Assembly: GCA_963828165.1 (NCBI GenBank)
Contig: CAWHDR010000001.1
Location: forward strand, 64,001-128,000
Source: an uncultured Chloroflexia bacterium
GTDB taxonomy: Bacteria > Chloroflexota > Limnocylindria > Limnocylindrales > CSP1-4
Direction of reading: 5' to 3'
DNA length: 64,000 nt
Shown here piece by piece: positions 38,498-47,446 of the stretch (position 1 is the stretch's first letter; each line of letters opens with the position of its first letter). Under the pieces are notes generated by a model that saw only the letters and a list, made by a program, of their open reading frames with translations, ran no database searches and had not been told where the DNA came from. A program made the translations under genes and the position numbers.

Positions 38498-39862
38498 TCA
38501 GCCGATGCGGATCATCTTCTTGTTCACGAACTCGTCGGCGCCGAAGCGGCCGAGCTCGCGGCCCGAGCCCGAGCGCTTGATGCCGCCGAAGGGTAGCTCG
38601 ACGCCGTCGGCGAGCACGACGTTCACGAAGACCATGCCGGCCTCGATGCCGTCGGCGACGCGCAGCGCCTGCTCCTTGTCGGTGCTGTACACGTACGAGC
38701 CCAGGCCGTACGGGGTGTCGTTCGCGATGCGCACGGCGTCTGCCTCGTCCTTCGCGCGGTAGACCTGCGCGACGGGGCCGAAGAATTCCTCCTTCGACGC
38801 GGGGTTCTCCGGCGTGACATCCGTCAGCACGGTCGTCTGGAAGAACGCACCGTCGCGGGTGCCGCCGTGGACGAGCGTGGCGCCGTGCTCGATCGCGCGC
38901 TTGACTTGCTCGTCGATGTTCTCGGCGGCCTTCAGCGACGACAACGGGCCGAGCGCCGCGTCGGCCGACGTCGGATCGGTCGCCTCGATCTCGGCGAGCT
39001 TCGCGGTGAACTTCTCGAGGAAGGGGTCGTACAGCTCGTCGGCGACGATGAAGCGCTTGGCCGCATTGCACGACTGGCCACTGTTGTCGAGGCGGGCGTC
39101 GACCGCGTTCTGCACCGTGGCGTCGAGGTCGTCGGTCGAGAGCAGGATGAACGGGTCCGAGCCGCCGAGCTCGAGCACGACCTTCTTCAGGTGGCGGCCG
39201 GCGATCTCGGCGACCGCGGCGCCGGCGCGCTCGGAGCCGGTGAGCGAGACGCCCTGCACGCGCGGGTCTGCGATGACCCGCTCGAGCTGGTCGTGCGAGG
39301 CGTAGACGTTCACGTAGGCGCCTGCTGGGAAGCCCGCGTCGAGGAAGATCTGCTGGATCGCGGCGGCGGACTCGGGGCACTGCGCGGCGTGCTTGAGCAG
39401 GATCGTGTTGCCGATGATGAGGTTCGGGCCGGCGAAGCGGGCGACCTGGTAGTACGGGAAGTTCCACGGCATGACGCCGAGCAGCACCCCGAGCGACGAG
39501 CGGCGGATGACCGCCGAGCCATCGCCGGCCAGGAGCTGGATGGGCTCGTCCTTCAGGAAGTCCGGCGAGTGGTCGGCGTAGTACTCGTAGATGTCCGCGG
39601 CGAAGTCGACCTCGCTGAGCGCCTGCCCGATCGGCTTGCCCATCTCACGCACGATGAGCTCCGCCAGTTCCTGACTGCGCTCGCGGTGCAGTTCGCTGAC
39701 GCGGCGGATGAGGGCCGCGCGCTCCTCGACCGTGGTCGACTTCGACCAGGTGCGGTGCGCCTCGTCGGCCGCGGCGACCGCGGCCTCGAGCTCGGCGTCG
39801 GTGATGATGTCGTAGGTCTTGACCGTCTCGCCCGTGGCGGGGTTGGTCACGGCATAGCTCAA
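38498..39862 (-). CDS. NAD(P)-dependent succinate-semialdehyde dehydrogenase family
   Basis: MPWNFPYYQVAR, LTGSERAG, LELGGSDP, NSGQSCNAAKR, EEFFGP, PFGGIKRSG. Confidence 0.92.
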   Translation of the reverse strand: MSYAVTNPATGETVKTYDIITDAELEAAVAAADEAHRTWSKSTTVEERAALIRRVSELHRERSQELAELIVREMGKPIGQALSEVDFAADIYEYYADHSPDFLKDEPIQLLAGDGSAVIRRSSLGVLLGVMPWNFPYYQVARFAGPNLIIGNTILLKHAAQCPESAAAIQQIFLDAGFPAGAYVNVYASHDQLERVIADPRVQGVSLTGSERAGAAVAEIAGRHLKKVVLELGGSDPFILLSTDDLDATVQNAVDARLDNSGQSCNAAKRFIVADELYDPFLEKFTAKLAEIEATDPTSADAALGPLSSLKAAENIDEQVKRAIEHGATLVHGGTRDGAFFQTTVLTDVTPENPASKEEFFGPVAQVYRAKDEADAVRIANDTPYGLGSYVYSTDKEQALRVADGIEAGMVFVNVVLADGVELPFGGIKRSGSGRELGRFGADEFVNKKMIRIG

Positions 39863-40082
39863 GGTGGGGTCTCCGTGTCAGTGCGCACGCCGAGGGGGTA
39901 TGCCGCGGTGCAGTCACTCGTGCGCCGAACAAGATATACCACCGACTGATTCACGACGAAGCGGTTGCTCAGGGCTCGACGCGCACCTGGAATGGCCCCG
40001 ACAACGCTGCCGATCTCGGCGAGGCGGACCCAGGTCACGAGCGGGTGGACCTTGGCCTTGGCCCGGCCGGCGCCGCGGCGGG

Positions 40083-40799
40083 TCAGTCGCAGAAGGGCAG
40101 GAACTTGGGGCCGTGGCGACGCACGAGCTGGACGGTGAAGCCGGCTTTTGACGTGAAGATCGCCTGATCGGCCCCGACGGGGGCGATCGTCCCCTCGGCG
40201 GCGTTGATCGCGTCGCCGTGGTCGTAGTCGACGAGTCCGACCGGGTCCCACCAGCTCCCACCGTGATCGATCCCGCTCCAGATCCCGCAGTGCCCCAGCG
40301 AGAAGGGCTGCGGGCCACCGGGGATCGGCGGCCGCGAGGTGGGCGGTAGCTGGATGCCGAACGCCTCCTGGCGCTGGGCGTCCAGGTTCCCGTTCGTGAC
40401 CTTGATGTGGAAGCTCAGTGCGCCGCCGACGAACTCGAGCGTCATGTCGCCCTCGGAGCGCGCCACGAGCGTCGTCGGGCAACCTTGCCCTGCGGGGCAG
40501 CCGAACGGCCCGACCTGGACATAGCCGATCCTCGGGTCGTCGGCGGTCAGGAGGGTCGTGACGTGCGCCACGACGCGACGACAGTCCCCTTCCCCGAGGC
40601 CGATGCAGGCGGTGGGCACACGCGCCAGGTCCACGGCGCCTGCGGCGGTGGCGCTCGGCTGGGGTGGCTCGCTTGGGCTGGTGGTTGCCGACGGGCTCCC
40701 ACTGGCGCTCGCGCAGGCGGCGAGCAGGATGGTCACGACGACGAGGGACGCGATCTGGGCGATGGGTGGCCGCCTGACGGAGCGATGGGGGGTGCTCAT
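40083..40799 (-). CDS. Hypothetical lipoprotein
   Basis: Lipobox LAAC, several Cys, LGHCGI...WW motif, C-terminal FCD. Confidence 0.7.
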   Translation of the reverse strand: MSTPHRSVRRPPIAQIASLVVVTILLAACASASGSPSATTSPSEPPQPSATAAGAVDLARVPTACIGLGEGDCRRVVAHVTTLLTADDPRIGYVQVGPFGCPAGQGCPTTLVARSEGDMTLEFVGGALSFHIKVTNGNLDAQRQEAFGIQLPPTSRPPIPGGPQPFSLGHCGIWSGIDHGGSWWDPVGLVDYDHGDAINAAEGTIAPVGADQAIFTSKAGFTVQLVRRHGPKFLPFCD

Positions 40800-40848
40800 G
40801 ACGCCCGGGACGCCGCGATGCCGGTCGCGGTTTCGCCCGTCCGCCGTG

Positions 40849-41907
40849 TCAGCCGGCCAATGGGACGACCCGGCCCTCCGCGTCGAGCGTGGCCTCGCGG
40901 CGCAGCCGCTTCAGCTCGGCGCCCGGCACCTGATCGCGCGCGTGGTAGCTCGAGCGGACGAGCGGGGCCGCCTCGACGTGCTTGAACCCCAGCCCGAGTG
41001 CCTGGACCTTCATCTCGGCGAACTCGTCGGGGTGGTAGTAGCGCTCGAGCGGGAGGTGCTTGAGCGACGGACGCAGGTACTGACCGACCGTCAGGATGTC
41101 GACGTCCGCCGCGCGTAGCGCCTCGAACGCCTCGGTGAGCTCTGGGCGGGTCTCGCCCAGGCCGACCATCAACGAGCTCTTCGTGTGGACCGGATAGCCG
41201 ATATCGAGCGCCATCTCCTTCGCCCGGGCGAGGACGTACAGCGAGCGATCCCACCGAGCGCGCTTGCGGACCGGCTTCTGGAGGCGCTTCACGGTCTCGA
41301 GGTTGTGGTTGAGGATGTCGGGGCGGGCATCCATGACCGTCTGCAGGCGATCGTCGGAGCCGTCGAAGTCGGGGATGAGCACCTCGATGCCCATGCCGGG
41401 CGACCGCTCGCGCATCGCGAGGATCGTCTCGGCGAAGATGCGGGAGCCGCCGTCGGGCAGGTCGTCACGCGCCACGCTCGTCACGACGACGTGCTCCAGA
41501 CCAAGCTGGCTGACGGCCTCCGCGACGCGACGAGGCTCGTCGTCGTCGAACCAGGTGGGGCGGCCGGTCTTCACGGCGCAGAACCCACAGGCCCGGGTGC
41601 ACGTGTCGCCGAGGATCATGATCGTGGCGGTGCGCTGGTCCCAGCACTCCCCGATGTTCGGGCAGTGGGCCTCCTCGCAGACGGTGTTCAGGTCGAGGCC
41701 GCGAAGCAGGCCCTTGAGCTCGTGGAAGTTGTCACCGGACGGCATCCGGGCGCGGATCCAGTCGGGGTGGCGCCGAAGGGCGACCGAGCCATCGGCCGCC
41801 GGCAGCCCGGCCGCTCCACCACCGCCGATCGAGATGGGCAGGTCCGGGCGCTGGTGATGGGTGGGTCCCGAGGGCGCGGATTCGAACATCGGGAGCTCGC
41901 GAGCCAT
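40849..41907 (-). CDS. lipA: Lipoyl synthase
   Basis: [32 protein letters not shown]. Confidence 0.97.
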   Translation of the reverse strand: MARELPMFESAPSGPTHHQRPDLPISIGGGGAAGLPAADGSVALRRHPDWIRARMPSGDNFHELKGLLRGLDLNTVCEEAHCPNIGECWDQRTATIMILGDTCTRACGFCAVKTGRPTWFDDDEPRRVAEAVSQLGLEHVVVTSVARDDLPDGGSRIFAETILAMRERSPGMGIEVLIPDFDGSDDRLQTVMDARPDILNHNLETVKRLQKPVRKRARWDRSLYVLARAKEMALDIGYPVHTKSSLMVGLGETRPELTEAFEALRAADVDILTVGQYLRPSLKHLPLERYYHPDEFAEMKVQALGLGFKHVEAAPLVRSSYHARDQVPGAELKRLRREATLDAEGRVVPLAG

Positions 41908-41952
41908 GCTCGGAGTGTAGTGCCTCGGCCGCGCCTGGGCCCTGGACCGCGG

Positions 41953-42925
41953 TCAGCCCTCGTCGAAGGTGGCGCGCAGGCCGGTGCCGAGGTCGCGCGG
42001 CCGGTAGCCGAGCTCCGTGGCCGCCTTGGCGGATGACGCCCAGTACGTGACGCCGAGGCCGGCTCGAAGCACCTCGCCCAGATCGTCCGGCAGGCCGGCC
42101 GCACGCGCCAGCGGCGCGGGTGCGTGGGAGCCGAGGCGGATGAGCGCCGTCGGCAGCTCCAATCGCGGCAGGCTGCGACCGCCGATCCGGGCGGCGACCC
42201 GCATCGCGTCACGCAGTCGCGTGTTCTCCCCACCAAGGATGTAGGACTCGCCGACACGGCCAAGGTCGAGTGCAGCCACGATGCCGGCCGCCACGTCCTC
42301 GACGTAAACGGCCGAGATCCCGACGTCCGCCAGGGCCATGTACCCAAGGCTGCCGTCGTGGGCGCCACGGATCTGCTGCCCGGTCCCCGAGTGGTCGCCC
42401 GGACCGTACGTGACGCCGGGCATGACGATGACGATCGGGGCGCCCGAAATCGACGCGCTCGCGGACCGCGCGGTGAGCGAGGTACTTCGTCTCGTCGTAG
42501 TAGTTCAGGAAGCCCTTGGACAGGTCCCGCCGGTAGCGCTCGTCGATGATCCGGCCCTGCGTGTTCCCGGCGACGTTGACCGTCGACACGTACACGAGGC
42601 GGTCCAGACCGGCCGTGGCGACCGCGTCGAGGATCCGATGGGTGACCCCGACGTTGGCATCGAGCATGGCCGGACGCATCGCGGCCGGGATGCCGACGCG
42701 GTACATCCCCGCGACGTGGATGGCGGCGTCGGTGCCGCGCATCGCATCGACGATGGCCGCGGTCCGCGACAGGTCTCCCGCCCGCATCTCCACCCCGAGG
42801 TCCGCCAGCTGCGCCGCCCGATCGGGATCGCGGACCACGGCCATGACCCGGTCGCCGCGTTGCACGAGCCGTCGCACGACCGCGAGCCCGATGAATCCGG
42901 CACCGCCGGTGACGAAGATGCGCAT
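41953..42925 (-). CDS. NAD-dependent epimerase/dehydratase (apparent +1 frameshift near 42443)
   Basis: VTGGAGFIG, YDETK; removing one G gives FGAPIVIVMPGVTYGPGD and a continuous protein. Confidence 0.85.
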
Positions 42926-42958
42926 CAGTGGCCGACGCCCGAGGCGGCGCCCCCCGGC

Positions 42959-44548
42959 TCAGTAGACAGGCGTCTCCGGCCCGATCGCCTCGAGCCAGGT
43001 CTTGATCGCCTTGAGGAGAGCTGCCGCCTGCGCGCCGTCGTTGGCGCGGTGATCGATCGCGAGGACCATGTTCATGATCGGCCGGATCGCGATGACGTCG
43101 CCGTCCGGCGTCTCCTGGACCACCGGGCGCTTGGTGATCGCCTCCATCGTCAGGATCGCGACCTCCGGCACGTTGATGATCGGCATGGTGAGGTTCGAGC
43201 CGAACCAGCCGGTGTTGTCGATCGTGAAGGTGCTTCCGCCGTAGTCGTCCAGCTTGAGCTTGCCCGCCCGAGCCCGGGCCGCCACGTCGGCGATCGCCCG
43301 GTTCAGGCCGCTGATGCTGAGCTGGTCGACGTCGCGGACGACCGGAACGAGGAGCCCGTCGTCGACGGCGACCGCCACGCCCATGTGGACACGCCGCTTG
43401 GCGAGCACGCCGTTCTCGGTCCAGTGGGCGTTGAATGCCGGGAAATCGCGCAGGGCGGCCACGGCAGCCTTGATCACGAAGGGCACGTAACTCAGCGAGA
43501 TGCCCTCGCGAGCCTGGTAGTCGCGCTTGGCCTTCTCGCGTGCCTTGACGAGGTTGGTGGCGTCGACCTCCATGTGCACGTACGCATGTGGGACCGCGAG
43601 GGCCCGGGTCATCTGCGCGGCGATGCCCTTGCGCATCTGGGTCATCGGGAGGAGGACCTCGTCGGCGCCCTCGGGGAACTCGATCGGGGCGCCGGCCGGC
43701 ATGCGGGCCGGTGGGGCGGCTGGGGCGGCTGGTGCCGCCGCGGCGGTAGGGGCAGGTGATCCACCGGTTGCGGGGGCCGAAGCCGTGGCAGTCGCTCCGT
43801 TGCCCTGGGACATGACCGGTACGGGTGGTGTCCCGCCGGTGCGAATCGATTCGACGACCGCCAGGACGTCGTCGCGGGTGATCCGCCCGCCACCACCCGT
43901 GCCCACGATCTGGTCTGGGCGGAGCGCGTGTTCGCGGAGCAGACGACGGACCGCGGGCGTCATCCGCGCGTCGGGGTCGCCGGTCGAGGTGGCGGAGGCG
44001 GCGGCTGTCGCGGTCGGAGCGGCTTGGGCTGTCGCGGTCGGAGTGGCTTGGGCGGCCGGGGCGGATCCGGCGGGAGCCGCGGCTGGCGCCTCCGCCGGCG
44101 TCGGGGTCGGGGTCGGGGTCGTCGGGGCCGGGGCGGGGGCAGCCGCGGCAGCACGGTCCGTGTCGGCCGGCGCCGACTCATCCGAACCGGCGGGTCCCTT
44201 GGCCGGCGCAGCCGCATCGGGGTCGCGCGGCTCGACCTGGGTCGTCCCTTCCGCCTCGGGCCCGCCTTCCTTCTCGAGCGCCATGGGCGCTGGCGCGTCG
44301 CCACCCGCCTCTTCGGCCGTCTCGATGATGGCGATCTCAGCGTTGTTCGGGACGGTCGCGCCCTCCTCGGCCAGGATCTCCTTGAGGACGCCTTCGAAGG
44401 GCGACGGGACCTCGGCGTTGACCTTGTCCGTGATGACTTCGAGCAGCGGTTCGTACTTCGCGACGGCGTCGCCCGGTTGCTTGAGCCACTTGCCGATCGT
44501 CCCCTCCGCGACGCTCTCGCCGAGCTGGGGCATCGTCACCTTTGCCAC
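42959..44548 (-). CDS. bkdB: Dihydrolipoamide acyltransferase (E2) of branched-chain 2-oxoacid dehydrogenase
   Basis: MPQLGESVAEGT, TDKVNAEVPSP lipoyl site, E3-binding TPAVRRL..GTGGGGRITRDD, DHRANDG. Confidence 0.92.
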   Translation of the reverse strand: MAKVTMPQLGESVAEGTIGKWLKQPGDAVAKYEPLLEVITDKVNAEVPSPFEGVLKEILAEEGATVPNNAEIAIIETAEEAGGDAPAPMALEKEGGPEAEGTTQVEPRDPDAAAPAKGPAGSDESAPADTDRAAAAAPAPAPTTPTPTPTPAEAPAAAPAGSAPAAQATPTATAQAAPTATAAASATSTGDPDARMTPAVRRLLREHALRPDQIVGTGGGGRITRDDVLAVVESIRTGGTPPVPVMSQGNGATATASAPATGGSPAPTAAAAPAAPAAPPARMPAGAPIEFPEGADEVLLPMTQMRKGIAAQMTRALAVPHAYVHMEVDATNLVKAREKAKRDYQAREGISLSYVPFVIKAAVAALRDFPAFNAHWTENGVLAKRRVHMGVAVAVDDGLLVPVVRDVDQLSISGLNRAIADVAARARAGKLKLDDYGGSTFTIDNTGWFGSNLTMPIINVPEVAILTMEAITKRPVVQETPDGDVIAIRPIMNMVLAIDHRANDGAQAAALLKAIKTWLEAIGPETPVY

Positions 44549-44665
44549 GTTCGCTGCTCCTTCGGGTCGCCTGGTCGCGCCAGCACGTACTCGCGTAGTT
44601 TCCTCCATCACGGCGATGCAGGTCGAGTCGGCAATCCGCGATGGTCAGCGTGCATGATGCGCTCG

Positions 44666-47437
44666 ATGTCCTCTGTCGACCATCGGCTCGCCCGCGCACT
44701 GGGCGTTCGCACCGGCGAAGGCCGCTTGGCCGCGCATGTCGCCCTCGTGTTCGCGGTCATCGAGGCGGGCCGCGGCTTCGGGGAGGTCGGCGTCGATACG
44801 CTGATCCTGGGTCGCTTCGGGGGCGACGCCCTGCCCGAAGTCCTGCCGTTCCTGTTCATGGCGCTCGGCGGGACGAGTCTCGTCGTCGCCCTGGCCTACG
44901 GTGCCGCGTTGGGGCGCCTGCCCCGGGGCCCGCTGTTCGTCGCGATCCTCACGGCGATCGCGGGACTCATCGTCGCCTTGCGCTTCGCTCTCGGCGATGG
45001 CTCCCTGGCGATCGTGGCCGTGTTGTGGTTGACCGTGTACGCGGCCGGGATGCTGGCCGTGACGATGTCCTGGACGGTGGCGAGTGGGTCATTCGACGCC
45101 CGGCAGGCCAAGCGCCTGTTCCCGCTGCTCACCGGGGCCGCGATCGCCGGCTCCTTCGTGGGGACCCTCGGCGCAGGGCCGGCGACGGCGATCGGCGGCG
45201 TCGAGGCCTTGATGGTGATCGAGGCGTCCATGTTGGTCGTGGCGGCGGCACTGATCGCGCGGCTCCCGCGCCGCTCCCCAGCGACCGCGGGTCGTGGTGC
45301 CCGTCGATCGATCGTCGGCGAGATCCTTGCGGGATACCAGTTCGTGGTCCGCTCCCCGTTGATGCGCCTCGTCGCGGTCGCCTACGTGCTGCTGGCGATC
45401 CTGATGTTCTCCGTGTCGTACCCGTTCCTCTTGGCCGCTTCGGCCGCCTTCCCGACGGACGTCGAACGCGCCACCGCGCTCGGGCTGCTGTCGGCAGCGG
45501 TGACCGCCACCTCGTTCATCGTCTCGGTCACGCTGGCCAACCGCATCTACACGAGGTTCGGGGTGACGACGGGTGCAGTCGTCCTGCCGGTCGTCTACCT
45601 CGCCGGGTTCGGGTTGTGGCTCGTCAGCTTCTCGTTCGCGACCGCTGCACTGGTCAGATTCGCCCAACAGGTGACCCAGCGGGGCATCTCGAACGCGGCC
45701 TGGAGCGCCTTCTACAGCACGGTCCCGGCCGAGCGACGAGCCCAGGTCATCGCCTTCAACGACGGGGTACCCGGGCAGGTCGGGATCATCCTGTCCGGCG
45801 CCCTGCTGCTGGCGGCCGGACGATTCCTCGCCGCGGACCAGGTGTTCTGGCTGGGCATCGTGACGGCCCTGGTGGCCACCGGCGTCGTCTGGGGGATCCG
45901 CAGCCGGTACGCGGGCAGCCTGTTACGGGCGTTGCGTTCGGGTGGGGCCGAGCAGGTGCTCGAGGGCGGGGCCGGGATGGGGGCGCTGGTGCGCGACCCG
46001 ACGGTGGTGGAGGCACTGCTCGAGGCCGTTCGAGCCCCGGAACCCGGGGTCCGCGAGATGGCCGTCACCGTGCTCGGGCGCACTGCGCCGCCCGGCTCGC
46101 GGGACGCGCTGGTCGAGGCGCTCGGCGACGGAGACGCGCGCGTCCGGGCCGCAGCGATCGGGGCGCTCGCCCGATCCGCCGACGGATCCGCGGGACTCGA
46201 CCTGGGCCCGTTCGCTTCGGACCCGAGCCCGCTCGTCCGGGCCGCAGCCATCGTCGCGAGGGCCGGACCGGAGGTCGCCCCCGGGAGTCCGCTGCTGTCC
46301 GATGTCTCGCCGGAGGTCCGGGCCGCGGCTCTCGGGCGCCTGCACGGCTCCGATCCGGAGCATCGGATCAGGCTGATCGCCGCCCTGGACGACGACGCCG
46401 CCATCGTCAGGGGGGCAGCGGCCACCGCGCTCGGCGCCTCGCCGAGCGACGGCCGCGATGTCCTGGCTGTCCTGACCGATGGAAGCTCGCGCGCCCAGCT
46501 CGCCGCGCTCAGCGCCTTGGCCGGAGTCGCGGAGAGCGATCCGTCCATTCGCGCGCCAGTAGCCGAGTGGGCCTTCGAGCGGCTGGGCCGCGCGCGCGAG
46601 CTGCGGACGGCCCGGCTCGCGATCGCCCGAGCTGCCAAACCCGGGGGCGCGGCGTCCGGTTCGCAGGCGTTCCTCGTATCCGTGCTGGATCGCCGGGAGG
46701 AGGCCCTCGAGGAGTCCGCACTCGCGGCGCTGGAGGTCCTCGGCGCACCGGAGGCCCGAGGCGTCATCCGGCGCTGCCTCGGATCGAACGATCCCGAGAT
46801 CCGCGCCCAAGCCATCGAAGCATTGGAGACCCTGGCCGATCGCCGGATCGCGACGGCCCTGATCCGCCTCCTCGAGGATGGCGCCGAAACGGGGGTCACG
46901 TCGGCCGACACGGCGCTCCGGCGCATGGCCGATGATGGGGACCCGTGGATCCGGGCATTGGCGCGACACTGCATCCTCGATGCCGGAGGAGACGACATGG
47001 CGGCGACTGAGCGGACCCTGTCCGACCTCGACACGATGCTGCTGCTGCGCAGGATCCCGTTGTTCGAGGGACTCGATCCCGAGGACCTGCAGCGGATCGC
47101 CGACACGTCCGAGGAGCGCACGTTCGACAACGGCGAGACGCTCATCCGCGAGGGCGAGGTCGGACACGAGCTCATCGTCATCGTGGATGGGTCCGTGCGG
47201 GTCGTCCAGGCCAACCCGGACGGCGGCGAACGGGAGATCCGCCGCTACGACGCCGGCCAGCACATCGGTGAGCTGGCCGTCCTGCGCGAGCGACCGCGCG
47301 CGGCAACCGTCGTCGCAGCCGAGCCCGTTCGCGGCCTCGTCATCAGCGGTGACGCGCTCAGGTCGATCCTGCGCGAGCGACCGGGGGCGGCGATGGCGAT
47401 GCTGGCCACGCTCGCCGACCGGATCAGCACGCAGTAG
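44666..47437 (+). CDS. Npt/TLC-like (MFS) transporter - HEAT repeats - cNMP-binding fusion
   Basis: ~12 TM helices with FDARQAKRLFP; HEAT repeats D-x3-VR-AA; C-terminal LRRIPLFEGL..IREGEVG..IGELAVL..PRAATV. Confidence 0.85.
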   Translation: MSSVDHRLARALGVRTGEGRLAAHVALVFAVIEAGRGFGEVGVDTLILGRFGGDALPEVLPFLFMALGGTSLVVALAYGAALGRLPRGPLFVAILTAIAGLIVALRFALGDGSLAIVAVLWLTVYAAGMLAVTMSWTVASGSFDARQAKRLFPLLTGAAIAGSFVGTLGAGPATAIGGVEALMVIEASMLVVAAALIARLPRRSPATAGRGARRSIVGEILAGYQFVVRSPLMRLVAVAYVLLAILMFSVSYPFLLAASAAFPTDVERATALGLLSAAVTATSFIVSVTLANRIYTRFGVTTGAVVLPVVYLAGFGLWLVSFSFATAALVRFAQQVTQRGISNAAWSAFYSTVPAERRAQVIAFNDGVPGQVGIILSGALLLAAGRFLAADQVFWLGIVTALVATGVVWGIRSRYAGSLLRALRSGGAEQVLEGGAGMGALVRDPTVVEALLEAVRAPEPGVREMAVTVLGRTAPPGSRDALVEALGDGDARVRAAAIGALARSADGSAGLDLGPFASDPSPLVRAAAIVARAGPEVAPGSPLLSDVSPEVRAAALGRLHGSDPEHRIRLIAALDDDAAIVRGAAATALGASPSDGRDVLAVLTDGSSRAQLAALSALAGVAESDPSIRAPVAEWAFERLGRARELRTARLAIARAAKPGGAASGSQAFLVSVLDRREEALEESALAALEVLGAPEARGVIRRCLGSNDPEIRAQAIEALETLADRRIATALIRLLEDGAETGVTSADTALRRMADDGDPWIRALARHCILDAGGDDMAATERTLSDLDTMLLLRRIPLFEGLDPEDLQRIADTSEERTFDNGETLIREGEVGHELIVIVDGSVRVVQANPDGGEREIRRYDAGQHIGELAVLRERPRAATVVAAEPVRGLVISGDALRSILRERPGAAMAMLATLADRISTQ

Positions 47438-47446
47438 GGTCACCAG

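Noticed and set aside
43700-44300. Pro/Ala/Thr repeats in E2 (also 30200-30320, 33420-33600, 10660-10780)
   Set aside because: Ordinary flexible inter-domain linkers
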